From Octopus sinensis (lineage: Eukaryota), in the NCBI RefSeq assembly GCF_006345805.1, contig NC_043005.1, positions 92,256,001 to 92,320,000 on the forward strand: a stretch of DNA of 64,000 nt, read 5' to 3'. A program made the position numbers and the translations under genes. The notes under the pieces were generated by a model. That model saw nothing but the letters and a program-made list of their open reading frames with translations, ran no database searches and was not told where the DNA came from. Shown here one piece after another: positions 50,051 through 64,000 of the stretch; positions within the stretch are counted from its first letter, which is position 1, and each line of letters begins with the position of its first letter.

Positions 50051-52379
50051 TGATGATGATATATCATTTATACATATACATCTATATTATATGCATATAC
50101 TTTTATTTGTTTGTGTGTGTGTGTATGTGTTTAATAGGATAAAATAATTTAATCTATTAATGTTTAAGAGAACTCATGGTAAACCTTTAAACCTCAACAG
50201 AAATCTATCTAGTTAAATGACTCCTACCATATTTCTTAATCTACTATAGTACTGTTAACCTTGTTGAACTATGACCTCACTCCAGTTATAAGGAAAGGGT
50301 TTACTTGCTGCAACTGATAAGCCTACTGAGAATCGATGTATTATTGAAGTTTTATAGTGTATGCTCAAAAATGATAATATCCAGGTTAAGTTTAAGCACA
50401 TAAGCAAAGTAATGCAAAAGAATCTTCAAATTTTATGACTGTCTCAACAAACAGAAGAAGAAAAAAGAAATTTCATGAAAGATCAAGACTTTATGATTGT
50501 TGAAACTTCAATAAGAATTGAGCTTAAGTCATAGAAAAAGAAGGAGTGGGTCATCCCAATGAAAAGAGTAAAGTAAGAGTATCTGGTTAAAGCTCTATCC
50601 GAGTCAACCATCATTACACCTTTCAGCTGGATTCCCAAACATGACCAACTGATACTATGGATATTATCAAACCATCTCCCTTTTGAAGTACCCCTAAGTC
50701 TCTTGTAGGTTGTCTTAACTTGAAGAATCTATCTTGTGATTCTTTATTGCAACCTTCTAATCACATGACTATAGTACTGGAGCTGTAACTTCTCAATTCA
50801 GAGAAGTAGTGGCTTGACCTGGAGAGACTCACCAATCTCTAAGCTTTGCACACCTCGTTGAGTAACATTATTCCAGAGATCCAAGGTGGTGAGCTGGCAG
50901 AATCATTAGCATGCTGAGCAAAATGCTTGGCAGTATTTTGTCTGTCTTTACATTCTGAGTTCAAATGCTGCAAAGGTCAACTTTGCCTTTCATTCTTTTG
51001 GGGTCAATAAATTAAGTACCAGTGAAACACTGGGGTCAATATAATCGACTAGTACCCTCCCCCAAAATTTCAGGCATTGTGTCTATAACAGAAAGGGTTA
51101 TTCCAGAGATCCTTTGAAGGAACTTCATTTTAGCCACTTGTATTCACAATTGTCCTCTCCCAGTCATGACAACAAGTGAGGAAAGGCACAAAAACCAAAT
51201 TGAAGATAACAAGTTTCACTTCTTTTTTTTTACCTTCTCTTCCCTTCTGAATGTCAAATGTTGAATATGGTGCATCACTGTTCCAGTACCTACAATTGTT
51301 GCATCCAATTCATCCTCTTGCCGCCCATCACTAATGAATACAGCCAACAAGGATTCTATGGAGAAGGTGCCTGACAACTCTACCCTCACAACCCTCCCAG
51401 GAAGAGTGGGTATAGAAAACGGATGGATAGATGGAAATATAGTCTTCTTCACCCTATGGTAAGGCTAATCAATTTTTAAGTCAGTCAGTCTAACTTAATG
51501 TCACAACAGCTGTCCAAAAGCCTCTCTCTCTCTCTATATATATATATATATCATTTGTAGAAAACAAATCTGAAAGAAGAAGCACACTCTAAGATGTAGA
51601 GCAGTATATATTAAAAATGGGGGAGGCTGGTTTATGGGATTACCTTAGGTTTCCTGTCCATAATAGGTTAAGCTTTATGGCATATAGTAAGATCCGAAAA
51701 ACCTGTTGTTTCTAGCACAACCCGAACCACCCTCCTTTTTCACTCTCACATGTATTGATGCTTTTTCAATATTTTTCTCCCATTAAACACATTTTATGGA
51801 ATGATGATGCCGCAGTAACACACATGTAGTCTATTGGTGGCAAATAAGCATCAAAATAAATTGTATTAAAATGAATTATCATTTACATAACTCTTTTTTT
51901 AAATCACTGTGCTGGTTGTGAAGATATGAAATGAAGTGGTGAAGAATTATCTCAAGAGTTTGAATCTCATGGAAGAGGTGACCAATGGGGTCACTGACAA
52001 TATGCAGTGTTCAAGAAGACCCACCCATCATGGCAAAATTGAGTTTGTGGGAGCATGATGTCAGTATACACCATGTGCATCTATCTAGCTACATATGCAG
52101 ACACAAAATACACATGCATGCATGCACACACACACACACACACACGTATGTATATGTGTCAGAGAATGTTATAAATGTACCAAGTGTTTTTTCTTTCTTT
52201 TCTGGATCAATTTCCCAGCCAGAAGACCAGATGATGGTGGGGGAAAAAATCTGTTAGTAGTCTTTGAAATACTTTCAAATACTGCGCATACACTATCAAA
52301 GTAAATTTTCATATTAGTTCTTTGTTATACTTTTTATTTATTTATTTTGAGTGGTGAATGTTAAATCAATTCTTAAATC

Positions 52380-53852
52380 TACATGGTCTGTCCAAAAACA
52401 AACCAAACTTTAACTGAAAAACAAATTTACTGCTTTACAAACAATTTAATCAAATTTTGTCACCATCAAAATAGTTCTTCCTCATTGTTGAATCACAGTT
52501 TGGATTAGGTCTGAAATGCCCTTTTCAGAGTAATGCACAATCTCAGAGTTAATTTTCTTCGATTTCTCTAAACATTTGGAATTGGTGACCTTTCAGAGTG
52601 GGTTTTAACTTTGAGAACAAAAATGTCCATTGATGCAAACTCTAGTGAGTAGGATGGCTGTGAAATGACAGTCATCTCAAACTTTTCAAAAAACTCAGTT
52701 AAGAAGAGACACACGAGCAAGTTTGTTCTTGTGGAGCAGTCTCAAGGTTTTGTTCTTTCATACCTGAGATTTCAAACTTCCTCAGGACATCCAAGTAGAA
52801 TGTTTTGTTGATTGTAGGATGACACAGAGCAAACTCATCACAAATAATACCCTCCGAACAGAAAACACTGACTTACTTTTGGGGAGCTGCAGTCATGATG
52901 ATCCAGGTCACTGCAATGACTGCCGTTTTGTCTCAACATCATCATAGCCAAACACTCACACTTCATCCCCTGTTATGATGGTTTTCAGAAAGTTTTCATC
53001 AGCATTTGAATAACCAAACAGCTCTTGACAGACTGCAAATTAGTTCTCATTTTGTTCATCTGTCAGCAGATGCAGCTGAAATTGTGAGGCAGCTTCATAC
53101 ATCCTCAAATTTTCTTTAACCCTTTTGTATTCAGATTTTTCTATCAGATGTAAGACTTATTCATTCACATTGTTTTAAATTAATTATGCATTGTCTTGTA
53201 GCTTCAGAATTATGACGATGTGATTGCTTATTTTTAGAACGACACTGTAGTTTAAGTGTGAGAAGCTAAATTTGGCTGGTTTGAGGATTGGTCGAATATG
53301 GTCAGTTTAACTGCTAAAGGATTAAAAATCCACGTGGCTCAAAATTTTGCAGATACTTACTTCTTTGGAAACTTCACAGACAATCAAGCAACGATTTTCA
53401 TAGATGACCACTCACGTTTTCACAATGTGGTTATTAGCCATCATCACAGAAGGGATCATCCAGATTTGGGATCACCTTCAGTCAATCTTCTTTTCAATTT
53501 GAAACACTGGTGCCACTCATGACATTGCATACAGCTCAAATAATCTTTCCTGTAAGCCTGGTCTAACATTAAAGGAATTTGCATTAAAGCTTTTCTCAGT
53601 CTGAAATAGAATTTCAGGTAAACATATCTTTCGATTCCTTCATTGTTCAACTTGTGACAAATTACCAAGTAGACTAAATATGCATTCACTCTAGCAAATG
53701 TAGATCAACGACCAAAGAATATGATGTCATTCGGTTATTATCAGACTGAAGAACAAGGGCACTCATAAGCAGCTGTACCGTCAAAAGCGCCCTCAGCTGG
53801 CTGGTTAGAGTGTTGTTTTAAAAGTTTGGTTTCTTCTTGAACAGACCTCATA
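52380..53852 (-). mobile_element. Decayed mariner transposon
   Basis: Imperfect ~33-bp TIRs (ggtctgt.caa.aa.aaaccaaacttt); ORF 53456-53689 is the HTH N-terminus. Confidence 0.85.
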
Positions 53853-56481
53853 GTAGTACAATGATGGACACAAAGCCTAAAGTTTATGCTACATTTTATT
53901 TTTTATAGAAGTGTTTTTTACATCAACTTTTACTATATTTCAAAATGAATAAAAATAATCTGGACGTTTTTTAGCTTCAAACTGACAACTTTCAGTTTAC
54001 TTAATGGGAGCACAAGGAAAGAGATATCACTCTTTTTTTTTTCCTCGTTTTGAAGGCTTATTGAATTGCATTGGGATAGTCATCTTGTTATAAAACACCC
54101 AGATTCACAGCAAATCATATGAATCTTTGCATTTGCAGAACTATTCAACCCAGGCCAACAAAAGAAAAGAGATTTATAAATATTAAAAAAGCACATTTCA
54201 CAAGAAAAAAGATTAGTCACCTTAGGGAAACTTTTTATTATTCTATAAAACTTACCAAATAGTTTACTAACTCAGATCAAAAGTAAAGTCATCATGTTTA
54301 CATTAGAAATAATTAACTCTACACATACCAATTCTCTAAACAATGTATTCAAGGAGTGTTTCTCGATAAATATTTTAGCTGCAATTTCAAATGATTTTAA
54401 AGGAACTGCATTATTGCCTCAAAATTATTTGCACCTAGGATAAACATGCGATTTGATCTATTTTATTAATCAATGAACAGCATGTGCCAAAGAAGATTTT
54501 CATTTAGAACTACTTTGGAAAGTACCGAGAAATACAAAAGCATTGTTCAGTAAAGACTCAAGTTGCTTCAATTAAATTGCTAGTTTTTTCATTAAAACAG
54601 TTGTTAGATTTGGTTATGGTTACGAATTAATGTAATACATATAACTATTCACAAGTAAGAGCTAGACATTTTGTCTTTGTTACATTAGATAAGATATTTC
54701 ATTTAAATGTCAATACCTTTCATTTGCATTTTAAATCATTGTCTACACTTCTCTTACATAAGCCTGGTATGTTTTGTAAATAATTCTTCATTTATTATTG
54801 CTGGTATCAATTATTCAAAAGACAACACATGAATATATCTGAGAATATCTTGGCTACAGACCAAATAGAACTCATCATACCTGATCCAGCAACATTACAC
54901 AATGCCATCAGTGAGATGGGGATTCCTGATTCAAAACCCAGGAGTTCAGTACAGACAAATATTTGCAGTGACATGTACATACTATTTAATTAAAGTTTGC
55001 CAAATTCAAATAGCAAAAGCATTTAAAAATAAATCCATGAGATCTTCAGTTTCTTTCACTATATTTAAGGCACCATTTAATACGGGGCTAACTCTTGTCA
55101 TATCTCATAAAATATTTGCCCTACACACACACACACATAATACACATATGCACACCCAGTGTTTATACTTAACAGTAAGAGTCTGCATACACGTATATAC
55201 AAACACAAAAGCATATGTTGCTTTCTATTCATTTATTTAATATTGCAAAAGCTATTCACCTACTCTTTTCTACAGGCCACATCAACTCATATTTAAATAG
55301 CTTATAGCTATTCACATGAACATATTATTTTATATGAGCATTTAATGGCATCATAACCTTTGACTTATATCCTTACTGGATCCTGTTTATGAAGAGTAAT
55401 TCAGTGGTAGAGTGCTATAGTCAGTAGCTGAGATTGCTGGGTTCATGTTTTCTGGACTCTATATTTTACCAGTCATGAAGAATAAAGCTAAACTAGAGAA
55501 TTTATCCAGCTCTACAAAGAAAAAAGAAACTGCAAAATTATTGCCAGGACAGCAGTTTGTCTACATTAAAAGGGACTACACACAAGGTTCCCTTTCATAG
55601 GCAGGCTTACTAAAATTCTGTGATGACTTCTCAGCTGTGCTAAATTCTAATTAGTTTCACTGCAAATATTTGTTGTTGTTCTTGTTTCTTTTATAAATTT
55701 CAGATGTAGATTAAAAAAGAGCAATTAATAATTAAAGACTGATTAATTAAAAAATGCCCTTTGTTTTATCAACAGTGATGGTTTGAGTAGAGAATTGAAG
55801 TAAAGAAAAATTAATTATTGCCGTAACAAAAATTATTGTTAGCCCTAATTCCCAGCTAAAATGATTGTTCATTGGCAATTGTATCCCATTGCAGACAAAA
55901 GACATACTTTTAAGGATCATCGCAAGAGGATTTATTAAATATCTATGAACTGATAAATATGTGGTCAAAGAATGAATTTTAATAAAAAAGAAAGAGAAAA
56001 ATTTCAATGACCTAAAAAAAATTAATCATAGAGCTGATTAAATTGAAAATATGGCAAAACAATGAATGTTCCATTTGATTCAAATTCATTTTGCATTTTG
56101 TGGAGGAAATATTGACTCAACATCTACAACAAAAACATAGAGTCCAAAATTCAATAACAAGGATAAAAGGCAACAAATAAATATTAAATGGCAGAGCAGG
56201 TTAACTTAGTTATTGGGAAATACATATTCCCATCAATATGAAATGAAAACTTCTTTTCATAAACTATGTGAAAAAAAATCAATTAGCTAACAGGTCAAAC
56301 AGCTCTCAAATTAATTGTCAATATGTGTGTGTATGTATGTAGTATGTATATATGTATGTGTGAGTGTGTATATATATATATAATATATGCATATATATAT
56401 ATATAATATATATATATGTATATACATATATGTATATACACATGTATATATATATGCATGTATATATGTGTGTGTGTGTAT

Positions 56482-56527
<46 letters not shown>

Positions 56528-56855
56528 TGTATATATACACGTAAGTTAAAGGGATGTAAACACACCAACATTGGTTGTCAAGCGATGGTGGGGGAAAAAC
56601 ACAGACACACAAATACATACATATACATATATATATATATAATATATATATATACGACGGGCTTCTATGTGGTTTGAAAGCAAGCTTCTTACCACACAGC
56701 CATGCCTGCGATAAATATTTATTAACATATCAAATTTTTTGTCGCACAACTGTAACCTGGTCATTGACACAGTTTCAGAGCAACAATATATCATCATCAT
56801 CATTCCATACTAACATTAAATATATATATATAAACACACATGCATACATACATGC

Positions 56856-56888
<33 letters not shown>

Positions 56889-57055
56889 ATATATATACAA
56901 TAAGCTTCTTTCAGCTTCCATGTACCAAATCCGCTTGTAAGGTTTTTGGTCAGCATAGCAGATGACACTTGCCCAGAATGTTATACAGTAGGATTGAACA
57001 CAGAACCATGTAGTTGAGAAGCAAACTTCTTCTTACTACACAGTCATATCCTGTG

Positions 57056-57095
<40 letters not shown>

Positions 57096-57127
57096 CTCAC
57101 ACAATATACAGACTCCCAATATAAATT

Positions 57128-57421
57128 GGGAGTTGGAATACAGTAAAATCAATTTATTCACATAACTGTCAATGACATAAGACCTACTATCGTTTCAATA
57201 TCTACTTTCATTCATTTTATGATCAATAATTGCATTTAAAAGGTAGAGATCTCTTCAGAGCTAAAATCAGGTGTAAAGAAATATGTCGATTTTAGCCCTG
57301 AAAAGATCTCTACCTTTTAAATTCATAATGCAATTATTAATTGTAAAATGAATGAAGGTCTATATTGAAACGATAGAAGGCCTTATGTGAATAAATTGAT
57401 TTTACTGTATTCCAACTCTCC
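57128..57421. repeat. ~290-bp palindromic MITE-like element
   Basis: Arms ~57128-57278 and ~57290-57421 are imperfect reverse complements. Confidence 0.8.
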
Positions 57422-57649
57422 ATTCTCTTTATATTATACTACTGAAATTATGTTCACATATATTGAATCAGATGAAAACATCTATATGAACTACTAGAAC
57501 TCTATAATGTCTATAGTACTACTGTCTAATAAACACTAACTCAGAGAAACAAATTCCAGTAAATTCATCGATATATGGATAAACTGGAGGGTGCTTGGAT
57601 GTAAGACAACCTTGAAAAGAGCTACCTCTTTCTTATATATATATACACA

Positions 57650-57656
57650 CATGCAC

Positions 57657-57718
<62 letters not shown>

Positions 57719-58275
57719 ATGTGTGTAGTCTGGTTCTTAAGGCATCACATACACAATCATGCAATTATGATTTCAATTCCCAGGCCGGACAGTGCATAGT
57801 GTTCTTGAGCCAAAAAACTTCCTTTCATATTGCTCTGCAGTCACTTAGATACCTGGCATGTAACACCAAGCAGCTGTGCAGGCAATATTGATTTCATGGA
57901 GCCATGTGAGCTCATGTGGGGCCCAAACATTTTATTACTCTGAACATAACATCCATGCTGGTTGTTCCACAAGAAATTGCAGAACCATGTGGGTGTGTGT
58001 GTGTGTGGTGTGTGTGTGTGCATGTGTGTAGGTGTGTGTGTGTGTGTGTGTGTGCATGTGTGTGTGGGTGTGCATGTGTGTATGTACATGTGTGTGTGCT
58101 TGTGTGTTTGTGTGTGTACGTACATGTGTGTGTATGTGTGCATGTGTATGTACATGTGTGTGTGCATGTGTGTTTGCATGTGTATGCACACGTGTGTGTA
58201 TGCGTGCGCATGCATGTGTGCGTACATATGTACATGTGTGCATACATATGTACATGTGTGAGTGTGTGTGTGTAA
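57650..58275. repeat. (TG)n and degenerate (TG/TGCA/TATG) microsatellite field
   Basis: Direct reading; it produces the spurious His/Thr and Cys/Val ORFs. Confidence 0.95.
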
Positions 58276-58604
58276 TTGCACTGGAATTGATTCAGTTACC
58301 AGGACACTCATGCAATTTTGACACCTCATGACAAATTTAAATTGAATTTAAAGGGTTTTTTGTGTTTGTTTTTAAATGGCTCTTCCGTGATATAGTTGCT
58401 TCAGTTTCAAAACAACGTCTCAAGTCAAGCCACTTCTGAGACAACTGTAACTCTGAAACTTTAGAATTTGTTATCAAGTAGAGGAACAAAAAAGTCAAGT
58501 ATAGAGAAACATGAAAACTATTTCATGCTATTAATAACTATTAAATCTTTGAAAATTGATCTCTATATATTTTTACCATAACAATTTGTATCATATTATT
58601 ATAA

Positions 58605-58661
<57 letters not shown>

Positions 58662-59673
58662 CACAAAAATGAATAAATTTTACAATAATATTGGTCAATG
58701 TATTTAAACATGTATGTACAAGAGTATATATGCACATAGATTCATTCATTTATACACACATTCATACGTAAGTACATTCATACATGCACATATACACTCA
58801 TATACATACGTATTTATATAGTACAAAAATAGATCTTACATAACATTACAACCCACCAAGAGAAATCCTACACTACTTATTTGTTCTTGTTTTCTTTTTC
58901 TTATAATTCTACTAAAAGTATGTTTTTTAAGTATCACTATAAACACAAAAGGAATATTTAACATAACCCTGTTTTAACATAGAGTTAGAAGGAAATATAT
59001 CACATTATTTTAAGTTATTGCCCCACAAAAACAAATCTTATACTGTTTGTTTTTTGCATTACCTTTAAAAATATTTTTCAAAAGAATTTCACTAAAAGCA
59101 TAAAAGGAGCATTTAGTAGTAACTTAATTTATTTTGATATACACTTCTATACAAATCTGTCGAATAATTTTTTAAGTTATCAAAATGCATCCTTCTTACA
59201 ACCCAACATTTAAATATTCTTTAATCACTGAGACAAATCTGGAACCTTCATCTGTATGCCTCTCTTATTACTTCATATTTTAACCTTATTTTTTTTTCAT
59301 AAACAAAGTAACAAAGAAAGTAGTATAATACATCTTATATAAATCCTCTTCATCTTATACATACATACAGATATCCATAGATACATATATATATATATAT
59401 AGTCTTTTCTTTTACTCTTTTATTTGTTTCAGTCATTTGACTGTGGCCAAGCTGGAGCACTGCCATAAAGGGTTTTAGTTGAAGAATTCAACCCCACGAC
59501 TTATTCTTTGTAAGCCTAGTACTTATTCTATTGGCCTCTTTTTCTGAACCACTAAGTTATGGGGATGGAAACACATCAGCAACAGTTGTCAAGCAATAGT
59601 ACGTGTGTGTGTGGGGGGGAACAAACACACACCTACATAAATATATACATATGTATGTATATATATATATGTA

Positions 59674-59751
<78 letters not shown>

Positions 59752-59917
59752 ATGTATGTATACGACAGGCTTCTTTCAATTTCTGTCTACCAGATCCACT
59801 CACAAGGCTATATAGTTGAAGACACTTGCCCAAGTTGCCATGCAGTGGGACTGAACCTGGAACCACGTGGTTGGAAAGCAAGCTTCTTAACACACAGCGG
59901 CACCAGCACCTTATACA

Positions 59918-60002
<85 letters not shown>

Positions 60003-60106
60003 TAATAGTAATGGTATGACAACAAAAGAATGAATGAGACCTCGATATTATGTAAATAGAAGAATTTATCTGTAGTATAATATATGACAATTATTCAGTT
60101 GCCATT

Positions 60107-60165
60107 ATAAGACTCCAAGTTTCGGATATCAGAGCAGAAACCTGCCCCAGCATCTCATCAGTTAT
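60107..60165 (-). ncRNA. Type I hammerhead motif with intact canonical core (AUAA-CUGAUGA-long stem II-GAAAC-UUGGA-GUC-UUAU)
   Basis: Stem II GAUGCUGGGGCAG-guuu-CUGCUCUGAUAUC (12 of 13 paired, several G-U) plus one extra C; quasi-palindromic stem III; 4-bp stem I. Confidence 0.7.
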
Positions 60166-60192
60166 CGAGGCAATCAAAATATTATATTACAG

Positions 60193-60231
<39 letters not shown>

Positions 60232-60385
60232 GTATGTATGTATGTATGTATGTATGTATGCATGTATGTGTGTATGTATGTATGTATGTGTATATATATA
60301 TATGTGTGTGTGTAGATAGATATACATACATATATGTATGTATGTATATATATATGCATATATATATATATACACATACATATAT

Positions 60386-60464
<79 letters not shown>

Positions 60465-60795
60465 CATATGTATATGTATGTATACATATATATAACTTTA
60501 TATATACACATACATATATATAAAAATTCAAATGTGTGCACGGATCCACACACATGCTCTCTTTCTCTCTCACACACATACACACACACTCACACACACA
60601 GGCACACACACACACATTAAGTTCCAAACAAATCTACTTGAAAATGAAGGAAATTTATAGTTTAATGCATCTAAGAAGAAAATAGCAAAAAGAATTTTTG
60701 TTTTCAATGGGAAGTCTATTTTCTAAATGAAGTGTTATGTAGGAAATATAGATTTTCTTTAATATCTGGCCTTTCCATTTAGGTAATAAAGTTAT

Positions 60796-60879
60796 TCAAA
60801 TTGAAGAAGGAAATGGTTGTTCTGAGTTCTTCTCGTAGATACCTTTGATGGTCAGATAGGCTAGTACAACTGATACAAT
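60796..60879 (-). CDS. Tetraspanin, probable last coding exon (IVSVVLAYLTIKGIYEKNSEQPFPSSI*)
   Basis: ctctatttacag acceptor, phase 0; completes TM4 after ...IALLE. Confidence 0.72.
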   Translation of the reverse strand: MVSVVLAYLTIKGIYEKNSEQPFPSSI

Positions 60880-60992
60880 CTGTAAATAGAGATGAAAATA
60901 TTTAGTCAGAAGATCTAAAAAACTAACATGAAAATCAGTTCACACACACACACACACACACACACATATTTACAAGAGTAAGTCAAAATTTA

Positions 60993-61198
60993 CAAGGCGG
61001 TGCTGGAAAGTTTCTGGCTTTAAGGATATCGTGACAGGCCTGCTTGGAGGCTCAATCTTCCAAGTTCTTTTATAGGGTAAAGAAAAACTGCAATAAGTGT
61101 GTGAATCTGAGAGGGGAATATGTTCAATAAAATCATTATTAACTGATCCTCCTGTATTTTCTTTTACCCAAAGCCAGGAACTTTTCAGCACTCCTTTG
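60993..61198. mobile_element. Mariner-derived MITE
   Basis: Imperfect TIRs caaggcggtgctggaaagtttctggcttt / aaagccaggaacttttcagcactcctttg; TA TSDs. Confidence 0.85.
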
Positions 61199-61202
61199 TA
61201 TA

Positions 61203-62375
61203 CCCACTCTTGTTTCTGTAATATATTAAAACAAAGCAGGAATCTAACGATTACATTGGCTTTCAGCTGGTCACACAGCCATTTATGCACATTTTCCTGC
61301 ACTTTGGCCATAACAAATTAACAACCTCATAAAGGATGTTTGACCAGTCCAAAAAGGTGATATTTGGAAGTGGTAAGATCTGGACTGTATGCAAGGTGTT
61401 CCAGCAACTCAAAATACAATGGCATCAGTGGTTCCAATGGTGCCAGTGGCTGTATGTGAGCATGGATTGTCATGCAACAATAACACCAGCTTTAACAATA
61501 GACCTCGTCATTTGGTGTGAATTGTTGGTTTCAACTTGTTGGCCAGCATTTCACTGTCGTCTACACTGGTGACCCCTTTTCTAAATAATGTTTCAGCATA
61601 GGCCCTTTTGCATCCTAAATGGTTAGCATCACTTTTTTCTGTGGAAGGTTGAGGCTTTAATTTTTTTTGTCCTGGCAATTCTGTTTCCTCTCCATACTCT
61701 GCCTTTTAGATTCTGTCTCAAAGCAATGGACCCAGGTCTCATCTCTCTTGGCTATTCACTCCAAAAATGCTTCACCTTCATCACTGTAGTGGTCAAGTAA
61801 GCACTGACAAATCTCCACACAATTTTGCTTATGCACTTCGGTAAGCTCTCTTGGCACCCATCTCACATAGACTTTACAGAAGTGAATATTGTTGCAAATG
61901 ATTTTGTATGTGGAACCACAAATAATTTGCTAAGAACATCCCACCTCATCGATGATTACTTGATAGTTAACCAAAACCATCTCACAAGCTTGTTGAATCT
62001 TCATGTCCATGGTGGGGGTTGATAGGTGGTGTCCTGCTCCCTCTTCATTCATCTCAATTTACTCATATACATTTCTATGCGTTAGAGCATTGTCCCTATA
62101 TTGTACTGCAAGCTCGCAATGAATTTCAGCTCCTGACACACCTTCAGACCACAGAAATTAAATCAATGATCTCTGTTCTTCCTTGGTGCACACTGCCAGT
62201 GGAGTGGCCACATTTACTCTGTAACACAAGAAAAAAACAGAAACAGTCGAGGCCAAGCCTTGGTTACATAACGACAAGAGTGCCACCTTTGAGCACATGA
62301 ACACTGAAGGCAGCGCAGCCAGCCTGAAGAAAGTTTTAATGTAAGTGCAGATCATTTTTTACTTCCCCCATATAA
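61203..62375 (-). mobile_element. Decayed mariner transposon
   Basis: Minus translation EEQRSLI.FLWSEGVSGAEIH, RWVPRELT, DETWVH, VQENVHKWL. Confidence 0.85.
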
Positions 62376-62717
62376 TGGAGGGCACCATTAGATGTCACCA
62401 GATAAAATGGTGGTGAAATCTGAGCAAATAGCTACACCGAAAGTAGTGAGATTCAGATTGGATCAGTGCTGGATAATCCATCTGACTACAAAACCAATAC
62501 CATACCCAGGTTTTCTGACTATCAAAACAACCATTATATGAAATAGGGAAACTCGTTTCCTATATATAATCACAGCTAGTAAACCTATTTTTTTAAAGCA
62601 TTTATGATGATTCCAAGGTGACTTTCTGATCAGAAAAAGAAAAAAAAAAACATTACTGCAGGCATTGACTCTAATGCTGAACATACACAATCTAAATATA
62701 TATTGGATGGTACAGAG

Positions 62718-63029
62718 CAGTAGTCCCCAACTTTGTTTGGCACCACAGACTGGTTTCATGCAAGTCAGTTTTTCTACAGATTATAGGATCATGCATTCTT
62801 ATTATTGTTACAGTTAGCTTCTGGGCTTAGTTTGTCAGCGCATGAAAAAAACTAAGACAAACATGGGAGAAAGCGACACAAATGGATGTAGTAACTTTTC
62901 AAAATAAAACCCCCTTCAGACTATGATAAAATGGAAATGAAATTTTAAAATTTATTCTTTCTCTGTGGCCCTGTACAAAATGATTCACAGCTCAGTAATT
63001 GTCTGTGACCTTGTGGTTGGGGACTCCTG
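62718..63029. mobile_element. hAT-type MITE
   Basis: TIR cag(t/g)agtccccaac. Confidence 0.65.
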
Positions 63030-63063
63030 ATGTGTAGAGAATAACAAAAATATTGAAGCTCAC

Positions 63064-63174
63064 CTCCAACAGTGCTATTACTAACATGGACAAACCAATT
63101 ATGACTGCATTCATTTTGAAGATATTCATCAAAACGGGAACACAACCTTGTATGAAAATGCGTTTGTTTGGATT
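63064..63174 (-). CDS. Tetraspanin exon: end of EC2 loop and TM4 (NPNKRIFIQGCVPVLMNIFKMNAVIIGLSMLVIALLE)
   Basis: Strong ttttttcttcttgacag acceptor, GAG|gtgagc donor, 111 nt; GC motif followed by TM4 with polar E; upstream exons not identified, probably beyond the window. Confidence 0.85.
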
Positions 63175-64000
63175 CTGTCAAGAAGAAAAAAAAGAAGAAA
63201 AATATTCAATTTAAAAAAAAGGCCTACCTCCAGCCTACAGATACATGAGACCAGAGCTTAAACAGATTTTCAAGGTGTTTAAACTGAGTATACAAGAACT
63301 TCAAGAATTGAAACCACCATCTACTAGTCATCAAGCCAATGCCATAAACACTGGACCACATGCTTTTACATATTAAATTAAGGACATATTAAAAGCATAT
63401 TGAATCGTAAAGCATTAAAACTGAATAGTAATATATTTAGAATGGTCTACAAGATATCAGAAAGATTATCTTTCTGTTTGTCTTTTCAAATGTTCTTCAT
63501 TTAATATTCATCAGTATTTCAATCTGAACTTTGGAATTCATTATTTTGTATTAAAATCTGAAAACCTATTTAATACTATTGCACTTCTGACAAAAATATA
63601 TATTGATATAAAGCTATGAATGTATGAAAATATATAAATTATGTACAAAAACAGAGATAAGTTTCTTATCCCCATGAAAATAAAATTTAACACAATATAT
63701 GGATACAATTGTGCCAATCTATTCTTTAAAAAACTGTTGTACTATTTATAGAACTACGTGGAAGTTAGAAAGCAAACTCAAGTCTTGATTGTCTTTATTC
63801 TTATCAAATACAAAGTTTAGCCCTTTTGATACCAATTTGCCTGAGATTGCTCCCAGCACATTTCACATATATTCCAAACACCAGCTTAATAATGATAGTT
63901 ATTTCACTAGATCCATCATTGCTTCAAAATTAATTGAAACAAAGGCAATATCTTTTAATTTGTAAATGTTAACAAACGAGTTAAAGAATAATATGGAAAT

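Overview
AT-rich, microsatellite- and transposon-dense animal genomic DNA. The repeat repertoire suggests an octopus/cephalopod, which is inference only. I reconstructed two spliced host genes by hand, both on the minus strand. (1) An 8-exon ADP-ribosylglycohydrolase (ARH/DraG/J1-crystallin fold) gene runs from ATG 35892 down to 11957, with its terminal exon unresolved. It keeps the metal-binding acidic motifs but has lost the NGxxMR and TH substrate-binding motifs. (2) The 3' end of a tetraspanin gene lies at 63174-60796. The rest is nested mobile DNA: RTE, RLE-type and Penelope-like retroelements, a Gypsy integrase remnant, mariner, hAT, Chapaev-like and Helitron-like elements, and tRNA-SINEs. 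Two features stand out. First, there are several unrelated minimal type I hammerhead ribozyme motifs. One sits in a 365-nt, terminally redundant, non-coding monomer present as a back-to-back inverted pair (1975-2773) that looks like a retrozyme/circRNA element and has a U3-A8 covariant core. Second, two different ORF1-only retroelements are inserted in tandem at the same 14-bp site in the tRNA-derived head of a SINE (16529-19025).
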